Source: Spirochaetia bacterium (GTDB lineage Bacteria; Spirochaetota; Spirochaetia; UBA9216). From it: a stretch of 64,000 bases of DNA. This document shows positions 21,378 through 31,847 of the stretch, one piece after another. The notes below the pieces were generated by a model. That model worked only from the letters and a program-made list of their open reading frames with translations, had not been told where the DNA came from and did no database searches. The stretch spans positions 416,001-480,000 of the forward strand of contig OZ223269.1 of the NCBI GenBank assembly GCA_965140585.1, written 5' to 3'. The position numbers and the translations under genes are program-made. How positions within the stretch are numbered: position 1 is the first letter of the stretch; every line of letters starts with the position of its first letter.

Positions 21378-22556
21378 ATGTCATTGAAAAAAAGTTTGAT
21401 TCAGTTTCTGATTATTTTACTATCTGTCTTTATGTCTTTATCCTGTATTATTACAGGCCTTCCATGGCTGACCCCTGATAATGCTCCCGAGCTGCCTCTG
21501 GTTCAGCAATGGAAAATAGAAATTGACGCCGCATCTTACGGCAACCTGATTATTCATCAGGATGATTATTTCTATTTTTATAATAACCGTTATGAAAGTC
21601 TTTATGTTATCAACCTCATAGACCATGAAATTATTAACACGTTCAAGCTGGAAGACTGCAGAGCAATGGCCGTTTATGAGGGCAGTATTTACCTTTCAAT
21701 GCCGGTTTCTGATCTATGGTACATTGTAGTTGCTGATCTCTCCGGGAATTACATTGGCAGAATTGAAATTGATGAACAGTACAGTGACTGCAATTATATT
21801 TTTCGGGAGGTTGGCGGCTGCCTCTATTGGGAAAACGGCGGTTATGTGGAATCTCTTGTCCGGCTTGATCTGGATACCGTATCACTTCTTTCAGGTTCGT
21901 CATACACTGCAGAAATAACTGAAGTAGTTGATACGGCTTACGGCATGTCGGAGTATTCAAAGCCTTCGGTTATTGACAATACCGTATATGTCCTGGCTAA
22001 TGAATACGATGCTGAGCCATCCGCCGGCGCAAAAACCAGGCTGATATCTTTTCCGAATACCGAAGATTCATTACTGACTGCTAAATGGCTTGATTGCTAT
22101 ATACCCCTCTATTTTGATTCAGGAATAAAGTATTTTAATTATTCAGCTTTCTATGATAATTACGCACTGGACCTTGTAATGGCAAGCTCTGATGAGCTTT
22201 TTACACGCAGTGAGTACGGTATATGCTCAAATACATCAGATGACTACTGGCTGAATGCTGTAAGCGGAAATACATTATATAAAATTGATTCATACTATAA
22301 GGACGTTAAATGGAGTTTTGAATATTCTTCCAACGAATATGTTTTTGATATTAACCTTCCTCCGGTAGAAATACACGGCGTTGATTATCTGATTACATCG
22401 AATGAAATTCTATTTATTGAGGCTTATACAGGATATGTTATTGCAAAGGATTCTTCTTTTTATGATTCCGGTTATGAAGTAAATGCAATTGCATACGGAG
22501 ACCTGCTTGTTGTTCAGGATCAAACCGGAATTACGGCATTTCAGGCAAGGTGGTAA
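21378..22556 (+). CDS. putative lipoprotein, beta-propeller-like
   Basis: Signal peptide ending MSLSC; Tyr/Asp-rich beta-strand pattern with WKIE and KWSF blade-like motifs. Confidence 0.65.
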   Translation: MSLKKSLIQFLIILLSVFMSLSCIITGLPWLTPDNAPELPLVQQWKIEIDAASYGNLIIHQDDYFYFYNNRYESLYVINLIDHEIINTFKLEDCRAMAVYEGSIYLSMPVSDLWYIVVADLSGNYIGRIEIDEQYSDCNYIFREVGGCLYWENGGYVESLVRLDLDTVSLLSGSSYTAEITEVVDTAYGMSEYSKPSVIDNTVYVLANEYDAEPSAGAKTRLISFPNTEDSLLTAKWLDCYIPLYFDSGIKYFNYSAFYDNYALDLVMASSDELFTRSEYGICSNTSDDYWLNAVSGNTLYKIDSYYKDVKWSFEYSSNEYVFDINLPPVEIHGVDYLITSNEILFIEAYTGYVIAKDSSFYDSGYEVNAIAYGDLLVVQDQTGITAFQARW

Positions 22557-22566
22557 CGGAGATAGC

Positions 22567-23898
22567 ATGATGATAAAAAAAGTAAAAATTGCAGCAGTCA
22601 TTATTTCCCCTTTACTGATGTTCGCATGTTTTTTTGATACCTACTATGAGCAGACACCATTGATAAGCAGGGCCGAATTCGGAACAATTACCGCAGACGG
22701 CACTGATATTACTGCGGCAGTGGAAGCTGGTGAATACTTTCATATTACCGGGGCCGGTGCTGTAGAGTATCAGTTTACCGCCAATGATTCTGCAGGGGTA
22801 GAGTTTGTGAAATGGGCTCTTCACGACGGCTACGATTCAGCGGTTTTACCTGATGGGGAATCGATAGTTATTAACGATGAAAACGGCAGCTGCATCTATC
22901 CGTATATAAATATGCCGCACTTTGAGGAGATTTATGCTGATTCCCTAAATGATGAATTACTTGCGGTATGTGTCGATAATGACGGCAGCAGCAGTTTTAA
23001 AATAATTTCATTCAGTTCAGGCCTGCCCACTTTAATTAGTGATGTTGACGTTGAGCTTGATGAAATACAGGGGTTCGCAGACGGAATTATATACTATCTT
23101 TCAGACGGCACGCTCCGGGCTTTGTCTGTTTCCGATTTACAGGATAGTTCAGTAATCATTATTGAATCCATGAAAGCCGACACATCAGCGGACTTCGACT
23201 ACTGGCTATACTTAAGCAGCGGATATATCCTGTTTCGGAATATTTATTCTGATGATACAGCCGATTACACCGTTTATAATATAAGCACAAAAACTTCCGA
23301 TTCTTACACCGATTCAATTCAGACCGGACGGGAGGCTCCTGTTCTTTCTGAAGACGGGCTTGTTATTCTTTCTGCCGAATACAGCGGAAGTGTTTCAAAT
23401 ATAAGCAGTATTGACCTTGATACTGATACTAAATTAAGCCTTGTTGGTCCGGATGCTGAAGGCCGGCTTAGGCTGACCGATTTCCGGAAAGACCTGGGGG
23501 AGTTTTCCTATACCAGAAGTGTTTTAGAATATGACAGCGGTACAAACAGTCTTGCGGCCTCTACAGAGTATTATCTTTATACCGGCGGAAGTTCCACTCA
23601 GTTGGATACGAGGGCTCAGTACTCTCCGGCGGCTGGATGGATGCAGGTAGATAGCCGAGACAATCAGACGGTCTTTCTCAGTATCAATACAGCTGATATG
23701 AGTACCTCTGAAATCTTTTCAGTTGATATTCCCCAGAATGATATTGAAGAAATTCTTCCAGGGGTTTTTACCGGCACAGATATTATGCTTAAGGATCTTG
23801 ATACTTATGCTCAGAATGGTGGATTTAATAAAATTATGATCTATAGCAGGGCCGATAACAAGTTGCAGGATTATTTCGCAGTTTCAGTATTTGAATAA
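22567..23898 (+). CDS. putative acidic lipoprotein
   Basis: MMIKKVK..LLMFAC lipobox; GGAG RBS before ATG 22567. Confidence 0.7.
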   Translation: MMIKKVKIAAVIISPLLMFACFFDTYYEQTPLISRAEFGTITADGTDITAAVEAGEYFHITGAGAVEYQFTANDSAGVEFVKWALHDGYDSAVLPDGESIVINDENGSCIYPYINMPHFEEIYADSLNDELLAVCVDNDGSSSFKIISFSSGLPTLISDVDVELDEIQGFADGIIYYLSDGTLRALSVSDLQDSSVIIIESMKADTSADFDYWLYLSSGYILFRNIYSDDTADYTVYNISTKTSDSYTDSIQTGREAPVLSEDGLVILSAEYSGSVSNISSIDLDTDTKLSLVGPDAEGRLRLTDFRKDLGEFSYTRSVLEYDSGTNSLAASTEYYLYTGGSSTQLDTRAQYSPAAGWMQVDSRDNQTVFLSINTADMSTSEIFSVDIPQNDIEEILPGVFTGTDIMLKDLDTYAQNGGFNKIMIYSRADNKLQDYFAVSVFE

Positions 23899-23981
23899 AA
23901 ATATCCTTCGGGAAATAATTTTTAAAACCTCTTATAAATGATATACTATGTTGTTCAAATTGATTTAAAGAGAGGTGTTGT

Positions 23982-25688
23982 ATGGCCAGAACCAAAGATA
24001 ACCCCAGACCCTGGGAGAATCTTCTACCGTGGAAAGGTAAACTTTATACAGGTGAGTTTCCGACCCTGCCGGAACTGTTTGCTGTTTCCGTAGACCGTTA
24101 CCCTGATCGCAGGTGTTTCACCTGCTATGATCCTACAGAGATGGTTTTTACCTACAGCCAGGCCGCTGAAAAAGTGGATACCATCTGTAACTATCTGCTT
24201 AGTCTGGGTGTTAAAAAAGGCGACAGAGTCGGATTGACCGGTAAAAATTCGCCCGAGTGGGCAATCTCCTATCTGGCGATCTTAAATACAGGCGCCGTTG
24301 TAGTTCCGGTTGATTACGCATTAAAGACCGATGAAGTTTCAGGTTTGCTTGAATTTGCAGACGTGAATGTAATTTTTGTCGATGAAGAAAAATATGACAG
24401 TTTGACGCCTGAAACGCCATCAGGAAAACTTGTCAAAATTTCACTTTCACCTAAAAAAGACAATTATGTGCTCGATATTGATTTTTCTGAAGAAATTGAG
24501 CATGAAAAAGCAGGTGAAGATGATCTTGCCGCTATCCTATTTACCTCGGGAACAACCGGGGATCCCAAGGGTGCAATGCTGACCCATAAAAATTTCGTCT
24601 CCGACTGTTTTATGTTTCAGGGCAATATGAATATCTACCATACTGACGTTTTTTATGCCCTTCTGCCTATTCATCACTCATATACCATGCTCGCGGTATT
24701 TATTGAGGCAATCTCTGTAGGCGCAGAACTTGTTTTTGCCAAAAAAATCGTTGTACAGCAGATATTCAAGGATCTTAAAAAAGCCCGCGTGACTATGTTT
24801 CTCGGCATCCCGATGCTGTATAACAAGATTATTAAGGGTCTGATGAACGGAATAAGGGAGAAGGGTATTGTTGTATATGCGGTGATCAGAGCTCTGATGG
24901 GATTCAGCGGACTTATAAAAAAACTTTTTAATGTAAATATAGGCAAGAAACTTTTTAAGGGGATACTTTCAAAAGTTTCACTTGATACTAACCGTATCTG
25001 TATATGCGGAGGAAGCCCTCTCCCTGCTTCCACATTTAAATATTTTAATCAGTTCGGAATTGACTTTGTTGTCGGCTATGGGCTGACCGAAGCAGCGCCT
25101 GGGCTGACCCTCAATCCGATTTATGCCTATCGTGAAAGTTCAATAGGAAAAATCATTCCCCTCGTCGAGATGAAAGTAATTGACCCCGATGAAGACGGCA
25201 ACGGTGAACTTATTGCTTCCGGACCTAATATTATGAAGGGATACTTTAAAAATGTGGAAGCAACAAAGGCTGCCTTTACTGAAGACGGCTGGCTGCTCAC
25301 AGGTGATGTCGGTTATATAGATGATGAACGATATGTTTATCTTACAGGCCGAAAAAAGAATATGATTGTTACCGAGGGCGGAAAAAATGTATACCCTGAA
25401 GAGATAGAGGACGAGTTCCAGCTCTATGATGAAATTGAACAGATAATGGTAAAGGGATACATTCTTGATGAGAAGATGAAGACTGAAGGAATTGAAGCCT
25501 ATATTTATCCATCCGAAGCCTACTCAAAAGACAACACTGCTGAAGAGATGAAAGTCCGCTTTGATGAAATCATTGCCGAAGTAAACCGGGCACTTCTTCC
25601 TTATAAAAGAATAACGCGAATTTCCGTTCTTGATGAGGCCATGGAGATGTCTTCAACAAAAAAAATTAAAAGGTTTACAGTAAAATAA
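23982..25688 (+). CDS. long-chain fatty acid-CoA ligase (AMP-binding)
   Basis: FTSGTTGDPKG, GYGLTE, LTGD, GRKK..GGKNVYPEEIE. Confidence 0.9.
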   Translation: MARTKDNPRPWENLLPWKGKLYTGEFPTLPELFAVSVDRYPDRRCFTCYDPTEMVFTYSQAAEKVDTICNYLLSLGVKKGDRVGLTGKNSPEWAISYLAILNTGAVVVPVDYALKTDEVSGLLEFADVNVIFVDEEKYDSLTPETPSGKLVKISLSPKKDNYVLDIDFSEEIEHEKAGEDDLAAILFTSGTTGDPKGAMLTHKNFVSDCFMFQGNMNIYHTDVFYALLPIHHSYTMLAVFIEAISVGAELVFAKKIVVQQIFKDLKKARVTMFLGIPMLYNKIIKGLMNGIREKGIVVYAVIRALMGFSGLIKKLFNVNIGKKLFKGILSKVSLDTNRICICGGSPLPASTFKYFNQFGIDFVVGYGLTEAAPGLTLNPIYAYRESSIGKIIPLVEMKVIDPDEDGNGELIASGPNIMKGYFKNVEATKAAFTEDGWLLTGDVGYIDDERYVYLTGRKKNMIVTEGGKNVYPEEIEDEFQLYDEIEQIMVKGYILDEKMKTEGIEAYIYPSEAYSKDNTAEEMKVRFDEIIAEVNRALLPYKRITRISVLDEAMEMSSTKKIKRFTVK

Positions 25689-26848
25689 TGACAGGGATAT
25701 CTAAAAAAGTAATTTTTACGGCATTAGCTGCAATACTTTTCTTTGTTTCATTTCATTTTATTTCTGCAGAAGAAATATACATGGAAGATCTTGGTTTTGT
25801 TGTGGATCTTCCAATTGGCTGGGACGTCATGGATGTATCTGAAACAAGGTATACTTTCAATGATTTTACCGGAGATGCCTTTCTTCAGATAAAGGTTTAT
25901 CCCGGAGATACCTACGAAAGTGCCGAGACCATGTTTGATGAAGTTGGGAAAAAGCTTCAGGCCTCCGGAGAGGGGGAGCTGTTTGACTACTACGGGCGCC
26001 AAGCAATATTTGCAATTATCAATTTTGCATCCGGTAATTTTCAGTACAGTGGTTACGGAATTTTTGCGGACGGTCTGGATTATGATCTGGCGGTTATTTC
26101 ATTCTGCTCGCCTGAACAGAGTACAAAACTAAATGACTATATAGTTTCTGCGCTTGATTCATTCTCACTGAATACAGGAGGACGTCAGCTGCCGGGGCCG
26201 GTCAGCACTTATTACCACTCTTCATACACGGAGAAAGAGCGTAAAACAGCCGCAACCGTTTTCGAGGGCGAGCCTTTAACATGGCAGGTTGATATGCATG
26301 CTGTTGAAACTTCACAGACTCTGATTGAACGTGAAGCGAGGATATTGGCAGACTACCGTCCGCAGGATTCCGCAGGAGTTGAAGCATGGAAGCGCTTTTA
26401 CAGGATGATCTACCGCGACTGCTATTCAAAACTTGATTATCCTGCAGCGCTGATCGAGGAGCGGCTTGCGGACAGTAATGATTCTTATAACACAGCAGTC
26501 CGTCTTCTTGACTGGCTGCAGGGCTTTAATTATTCAAGAACCGGCGGATCAGACCTGCTCAGTCCATTGTATGCCGCCGCTTTTGAAGACGGTGACTGCG
26601 ACAGCCGTGCACTGCTTTACACAATCCTGTTAAATCATTATGGTATTGATTCCGTCGTCATGGTTTCGGCAGTACACAGCCACGCAATGGGTACTGCTGA
26701 TGTACCGGGGCCCGGAGCCAGGATGAGATATAAGGATAAGGCATATCTGGTTGCTGAGACTACAGCTGATGTTGCACTGGGACAGATTGCTTCCGACATG
26801 TCAGATCCGGCAAACTGGGTAGTGATTCCATTTTTGGAGGGATATTAA
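25688..26848 (+). CDS. exported protein with C-terminal transglutaminase-like domain
   Basis: Signal peptide; GDCDSRA..HAM..AETT putative C-H-E triad. Confidence 0.7.
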   Translation: MTGISKKVIFTALAAILFFVSFHFISAEEIYMEDLGFVVDLPIGWDVMDVSETRYTFNDFTGDAFLQIKVYPGDTYESAETMFDEVGKKLQASGEGELFDYYGRQAIFAIINFASGNFQYSGYGIFADGLDYDLAVISFCSPEQSTKLNDYIVSALDSFSLNTGGRQLPGPVSTYYHSSYTEKERKTAATVFEGEPLTWQVDMHAVETSQTLIEREARILADYRPQDSAGVEAWKRFYRMIYRDCYSKLDYPAALIEERLADSNDSYNTAVRLLDWLQGFNYSRTGGSDLLSPLYAAAFEDGDCDSRALLYTILLNHYGIDSVVMVSAVHSHAMGTADVPGPGARMRYKDKAYLVAETTADVALGQIASDMSDPANWVVIPFLEGY

Positions 26849-27157
26849 TTGGAACTTAAAGGTTATCAGAGAAGTTATCTGACAAAACTTGCACACGATA
26901 TTAAACCGCTTGTCATGATAGGAGCGAAGGGGCTGACAGATGCTGTTGTTAAACAGGCCGAGCAGGTTCTTGAATTAAACGAGCTTGTAAAGATTAAGTT
27001 TGTTGATTTTAAAAGCGGCCGGAAAGAAATTTCTGTAAAGCTAGCAGCGCTTACACACGCAGAATTGATTCGGGTAATTGGAAACACAGCAATACTCTAT
27101 AAAAAAGCTGTGAATCCGGAAAATCGCCAGATTTCAGTCCCCGTAAAAAAGAAATAA
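26849..27157 (+). CDS. yhbY: YhbY/CRM RNA-binding protein
   Basis: QRSYL..LAH..KPLV.IG..G, ELVKIK, IGN.AILYK. Confidence 0.9.
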   Translation: MELKGYQRSYLTKLAHDIKPLVMIGAKGLTDAVVKQAEQVLELNELVKIKFVDFKSGRKEISVKLAALTHAELIRVIGNTAILYKKAVNPENRQISVPVKKK

Positions 27158-27161
27158 CAGC

Positions 27162-27653
27162 CTACTGATTATCGTACTGGAGTACTTCATCTTCAACATA
27201 CTCCAGTGAAACACCGGCTTCCAGGAACATCTGCTCCGATTCCCCGCCGGCGTGATATTTTTTTTCACAGACAACGCGTGATATTCCGCAATTAATAATA
27301 AGCATCGCACAGGTCCGGCAGGGAGTCATTCTGCAGTAAAGGGTGGCTCCGTCTATCGCTATCCCGCGTCTTGCCGCCTGACAAATGGCATTCTGTTCAG
27401 CGTGTACTGTTCTCACACAGTGCTGGGTAACGCTTCCGTCCTCATGCATCATTTTTTTCATCTGGTGGCCGACCTCATCGCAGTGCGGAAGTCCTGTCGG
27501 GGAGCCCACATAGCCTGTAACAAGAAGCTGTTTTTCTTTGGCTATAACACAGCCGCTGCGCCCGCGATCACAGGTAGCCCTTTTTGATATGGCGTTTGCG
27601 ACTTCCATGAAGTATTCATCCCAGCTCGGTCTTTTGTATTCAGTTTCAGACAT
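27162..27653 (-). CDS. dCMP deaminase (ComEB-like)
   Basis: RPSWDEYFM, HAEQNA, PCRTC. Confidence 0.92.
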   Translation of the reverse strand: MSETEYKRPSWDEYFMEVANAISKRATCDRGRSGCVIAKEKQLLVTGYVGSPTGLPHCDEVGHQMKKMMHEDGSVTQHCVRTVHAEQNAICQAARRGIAIDGATLYCRMTPCRTCAMLIINCGISRVVCEKKYHAGGESEQMFLEAGVSLEYVEDEVLQYDNQ

Positions 27654-27798
27654 CTATGACTCCTGCAGACAGTATATGTCGAAATAGACAGGTCTTACAA
27701 GAAATTTTACATATAACCATAAAGTGGTATTTTCCCAACTAAGTAAAAACCGATATAAATCAATGTAAATAAACTAATTCATAACAGGAGCCTTTTTA

Positions 27799-28272
27799 AT
27801 GTTCAGAAAAAACAGAACCTTGCTTATTCTTTTCTTCCTGCTGATGATATTTTCTTCATGCAGCATTGTCGGAAATTTTATTTTCCCGCAGATTGGAACA
27901 TGGCTGATGGAAGAAGAAGAGGAAGCTTACGGCATGACTTTTGTTTTTCGCTATTATATGACTCTCGATATGAACCAGTATAAATTGGTTATCCAGATGG
28001 GCGATGGTGACGAGTTTATGGATATGTATGCTTTTCTTGGTACCTACGAAGTTGAGGACGGAAGCATGTATGTAACTATCCGTTATACTAAAGATGCTGA
28101 ATATAATGAGTCAACCGGCGAGTACGTTCTTCCTGATGACTGGACTGAACTTCCCTCAGAATCTATTACAATCGATACATCCACTTATATGATAGATGGC
28201 GACACTTTAACACTTTCATATTCTGTTGATTCTGAAACTGTAACAGAAACTTATATCAAAGTTACTGAATAA
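27799..28272 (+). CDS. putative lipoprotein (lipocalin-like)
   Basis: Lipobox IFSSC; IGTW, GTYEV.DG, Y.IDGDTLTL. Confidence 0.7.
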   Translation: MFRKNRTLLILFFLLMIFSSCSIVGNFIFPQIGTWLMEEEEEAYGMTFVFRYYMTLDMNQYKLVIQMGDGDEFMDMYAFLGTYEVEDGSMYVTIRYTKDAEYNESTGEYVLPDDWTELPSESITIDTSTYMIDGDTLTLSYSVDSETVTETYIKVTE

Positions 28273-28283
28273 TCCCGCCAAAA

Positions 28284-28313
28284 AAAAGCCGTCCGGATGT
28301 CCGGACGGCTTTT
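28284..28313. terminator. bidirectional intrinsic terminator
   Basis: AAAAGCCGTCCGGA-tg-TCCGGACGGCTTTT between convergent genes. Confidence 0.9.
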
Positions 28314-28335
28314 ATATGAATGAAATTAAAATACA

Positions 28336-29991
28336 TTATTTATGTTCAAGTGTAAGTGTCAAAGTAGGGGCATTGCATACTTCATCGGGTCCGTAGTACT
28401 GAATAGCACCGGGGAATCTGAATGATGTTTTCACTGCCCACTCGTCTCTTTTGGATGCGAATTCCTTAAAAGGAGCACCGTCGAGCTCCACAAGAGCCTT
28501 TTTAATTACGGGCTTATCCTTTCCATGTCTTCGCTCAAGATTCATCATCATAGTTACAGGAATACCTCCGGCAATCCATTCAGCCGCAGGTTTTGAAAGA
28601 TTCTTGACAGACGACATATAACCTGTGAGACCGTTTGCAATGAGAGCAAAGGCTGTGTATCCGAGTACGTAGCAGTAATCGGAATCGAAGTTTGACGGAA
28701 ATGCACAGCGGCCTTCATAACCGAAGAAGTGGTGCTGGTGGCTGAAAGCTCCCTTGAACTTGCCTTCACTTTTTAATTCTTTAAGTCTTGATTCTACCAT
28801 TTCGATAAGAAGCTGTTCAGTCTCAATTCTTGAAACCTGGACATTCCCGTGAGGATCTCTGTCCATAAGAAGCTGTCTCTGAATGTTTGATGGCAGTGAA
28901 GAAAAAGCATAGGAAGAATCTTTTGAAAGATTTTTATTTATCCATTCGGCCTGATCCTCGAAGGTATGAAGCGTATCATAGTAATCAGCCTTCTCTGCAA
29001 GCAGGTTGTTAAGTTCACTGATGAGTGCACCTATTTCAGGAATAAACTCGATCAGCCCCTCAGGAATAAGACCGACACCGAAGTTTTCTCCGTTCTCCGC
29101 ACGCCTGACGACAATGGCGGCGATGTCTTCTACGATCTGGTTGAGGCTCATTTTCTTTTCCTCTACCTCTTCAGAGATGAGGGTGAATGAAGGCTGAGTC
29201 TGAAGTGCACATTCAAGAGCTATATGTGAAGCGGAACGGCCCATCAGTTTGATAAAGTGCCAGTACTTCTTTGCGGAGTTTGCATCTCTTTCGATGTTTC
29301 CGATGAGTTCAGCATAAGTTTTTGTAGCGGTATCAAAGCCGAAAGATGTTTCAATGTGTTCATTTTTAAGATCACCGTCGATAGTCTTTGGACAGCCGAT
29401 AACTTGAACACCTGCATCCTTTGATGCAAAGTACTCTGCGAGCATTGCCGCATTAGTGTTTGAATCGTCTCCGCCGATAATTACAATTGCAGTTATATTA
29501 TTTTTTTTGCATACTTCAAGGCTAATATCGAACTGCTCTGTAGTTTCAAGCTTGGTTCGTCCTGAGCCGATAATATCGAATCCGCCCGTATTACGGTATT
29601 CATCAATAACAGCCGGTGTAAGTTCTATTTTTTTATCTTCAACAAGACCGGAAGGGCCTCCGAGAAATCCGAAAAGTTTTGATTCACTGTTTCCGGCTTT
29701 GATTCCGTCAAACAGACCGGCGATAACATTGTGACCACCGGGCGCCTGGCCTCCGGAGAGGATAACACCAACGTTTATCTTTTTGGATGCATCAGCATTC
29801 GCAGCTTCCACAAGTTTAGCTACCGGCATTCCATAGGTAGATTTAAAAAGCTTCTGTAATTCATCCTGATCGGAAACTGACTGTGTAGGTGCTCCCTTTT
29901 CGATGTTTATAGATCCGACACTCTTTTTTAAAATCTCGGGAAGGTGCGGTTTATAGTTATAACGCTCCTTCTGAAGAGGTGAATAACTCAT
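28336..29991 (-). CDS. pfp: PPi-dependent phosphofructokinase (long type)
   Basis: [16 protein letters not shown] (Asp of PPi type), [15 protein letters not shown]; ATG 29991 with AGGAG RBS. Confidence 0.95.
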   Translation of the reverse strand: MSYSPLQKERYNYKPHLPEILKKSVGSINIEKGAPTQSVSDQDELQKLFKSTYGMPVAKLVEAANADASKKINVGVILSGGQAPGGHNVIAGLFDGIKAGNSESKLFGFLGGPSGLVEDKKIELTPAVIDEYRNTGGFDIIGSGRTKLETTEQFDISLEVCKKNNITAIVIIGGDDSNTNAAMLAEYFASKDAGVQVIGCPKTIDGDLKNEHIETSFGFDTATKTYAELIGNIERDANSAKKYWHFIKLMGRSASHIALECALQTQPSFTLISEEVEEKKMSLNQIVEDIAAIVVRRAENGENFGVGLIPEGLIEFIPEIGALISELNNLLAEKADYYDTLHTFEDQAEWINKNLSKDSSYAFSSLPSNIQRQLLMDRDPHGNVQVSRIETEQLLIEMVESRLKELKSEGKFKGAFSHQHHFFGYEGRCAFPSNFDSDYCYVLGYTAFALIANGLTGYMSSVKNLSKPAAEWIAGGIPVTMMMNLERRHGKDKPVIKKALVELDGAPFKEFASKRDEWAVKTSFRFPGAIQYYGPDEVCNAPTLTLTLEHK

Positions 29992-30117
29992 AAAATAACT
30001 CCTTTTATAGTTTACAGTGCAATATACAAAAAATATCAGAAAGGAACAAGATTCCGCTTTTGAAAGAAAAAGCATTAAATAGTGGAAAAATGTGCTGTTT
30101 TATTATAGCCTAGTCAC

Positions 30118-31371
30118 ATGGCCGTATATAAAACGAAAAATTCAATTCAGCCCTATGCATGGGGGTCTTCAACAGCCATTCCCGAGCTTTTAGGCTATGA
30201 AAATCCCGGAAACGAACCGATGGCTGAGCTCTGGATGGGGGCGCATCCCAAAGCTCCGTCAGTTATTTTAAAAGATGATAATACACAGCAGCAACTGAAT
30301 GATTACATAAGCGCTGCTTCAGATAGAGTGCTCGGCAAACGGATCTCGGAGCAATTCGGCAGGCGGCTTCCTTTTCTTTTCAAGGTTCTTGCTGCCGGAA
30401 GCCCTCTTTCAATACAGTCCCATCCGAATCTCAAGCAGGCAGCTGACGGTTTCCGGCGGGAAAATGAAGCTGGAATTCCGCTTGATGCATTCAACCGGAA
30501 CTATAAGGATGATAATCATAAACCTGAGATAATCTGTGCGCTTACAGAGTATTCCGCCATGCGCGGGTTCAGACCTGCCGGCGAAATAGCCTCCGCTTTC
30601 AGAAAGATAATGATACCGGAGCTTGAAGCTTCAGTTTCAGCGCTTGAGACAGTCGCTGCAGCGCCCGCAGTTTCAGGGGCTGCATCAGTTGATAGTGCAG
30701 CTGCCTCAGCAGTTAGAATTTTTTTCTCTGAACTTATGAGCCTGAAAGATGAAGCAAGAGAGAGGCTTCTTTCACTTGCGATGAAAGCTGCAGAGGCAGG
30801 TTTACTTCCTGAATCAAAATGGATCCTTGATTTTGCCGGCCTCTATCCCGGCGATACAGGCATAGTGAGTCCGCTGTACCTTAATGTTGTTGTTCTGCAG
30901 CCCGGCGAGGCAATGTATCTGCCAGCGGGTGAACTGCATGCATATCTTCATGGACTTGGAATGGAGCTGATGGCAAATTCCGACAACGTTCTTAGAGGAG
31001 GCCTTACACCTAAATATATTGATGTTCAGGAGCTGATCTCAACCCTCACTTTCAGCACCGGACGTCCGGAAATACTGCATCCTGTTAAACTGAATGAGTA
31101 TGAATCTGCCTATATAACTGAAGCCCCGGAGTTTATTCTGACAAGAATAGATCTTGACGGCTTATATGAAATTCCCGGGCAGATATATGGACCTGAAATG
31201 CCCTCTGTATTTATATGCCTGAAAGGGAAGGCGGAAATAAAAGATGGAGCCGGCAGATCTATTACATTATCCCGCGGTGAAACCGCTTTCTCAGAGCATG
31301 GAACAAGTCTTAGTTTAAACGGGAATGGGTTGTTTTATCGGGCATCAGTTCCGGCAAAGGAAACTGAGTGA
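30118..31371 (+). CDS. manA: mannose-6-phosphate isomerase class I
   Basis: YAWG, AELWMGAHP, LSIQSHP, NHKPE, HAYL, MANSDNVLRGGLT. Confidence 0.95.
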   Translation: MAVYKTKNSIQPYAWGSSTAIPELLGYENPGNEPMAELWMGAHPKAPSVILKDDNTQQQLNDYISAASDRVLGKRISEQFGRRLPFLFKVLAAGSPLSIQSHPNLKQAADGFRRENEAGIPLDAFNRNYKDDNHKPEIICALTEYSAMRGFRPAGEIASAFRKIMIPELEASVSALETVAAAPAVSGAASVDSAAASAVRIFFSELMSLKDEARERLLSLAMKAAEAGLLPESKWILDFAGLYPGDTGIVSPLYLNVVVLQPGEAMYLPAGELHAYLHGLGMELMANSDNVLRGGLTPKYIDVQELISTLTFSTGRPEILHPVKLNEYESAYITEAPEFILTRIDLDGLYEIPGQIYGPEMPSVFICLKGKAEIKDGAGRSITLSRGETAFSEHGTSLSLNGNGLFYRASVPAKETE

Positions 31372-31826
31372 AAATATTTGTAGACGCCGATTCCTGTCCT
31401 CCGCAGATTCGGGACATCATATGCCGTGCCGCTGTCCGGAAGGAAATTCAAACTGTCTTTGCAGCCAATGTAAAACTCAAGCTTCCTGAAAATGAGTTTA
31501 TTGAAATGGTTGTTGTGGAAAAGGGGGAGGGTGTAGCCGATGATTACATTGTTGAAAACTGTATTCCCGGGGATCTTGCAGTCACCCGAGATATTCCTCT
31601 TGCTTCAAGACTTATAGACCATGGCATTGTTGTAATTAATGACAGGGGGAACCTTTTTACAACTGAAAATATCCGTGAACGGCTGTCTGTCAGGGATCTG
31701 ATGAAAGATTTTCGTGAAGCAGGCATTATGCCTCAGAGAGAAAGCAGTTTCAGTAATAAGGAAGTAGGGAAGTTTGCAAACTGTTTTGACAGGGAGCTGA
31801 CAAAGCTGATAAAAGCCGGGACATAA
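31368..31826 (+). CDS. YaiI/YqxD (UPF0178) family protein
   Basis: IFVDADSCP, ADDYI, VTRDIPLA. Confidence 0.92.
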   Translation: MKIFVDADSCPPQIRDIICRAAVRKEIQTVFAANVKLKLPENEFIEMVVVEKGEGVADDYIVENCIPGDLAVTRDIPLASRLIDHGIVVINDRGNLFTTENIRERLSVRDLMKDFREAGIMPQRESSFSNKEVGKFANCFDRELTKLIKAGT

Positions 31827-31834
31827 ATCCCGGC
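31815..31834. terminator. hairpin between convergent genes
   Basis: GCCGGGA-cataaa-TCCCGGC with AAAA on the left (U tract for asnS). Confidence 0.55.
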
Positions 31835-31847
31835 ATAATTTGAATAG

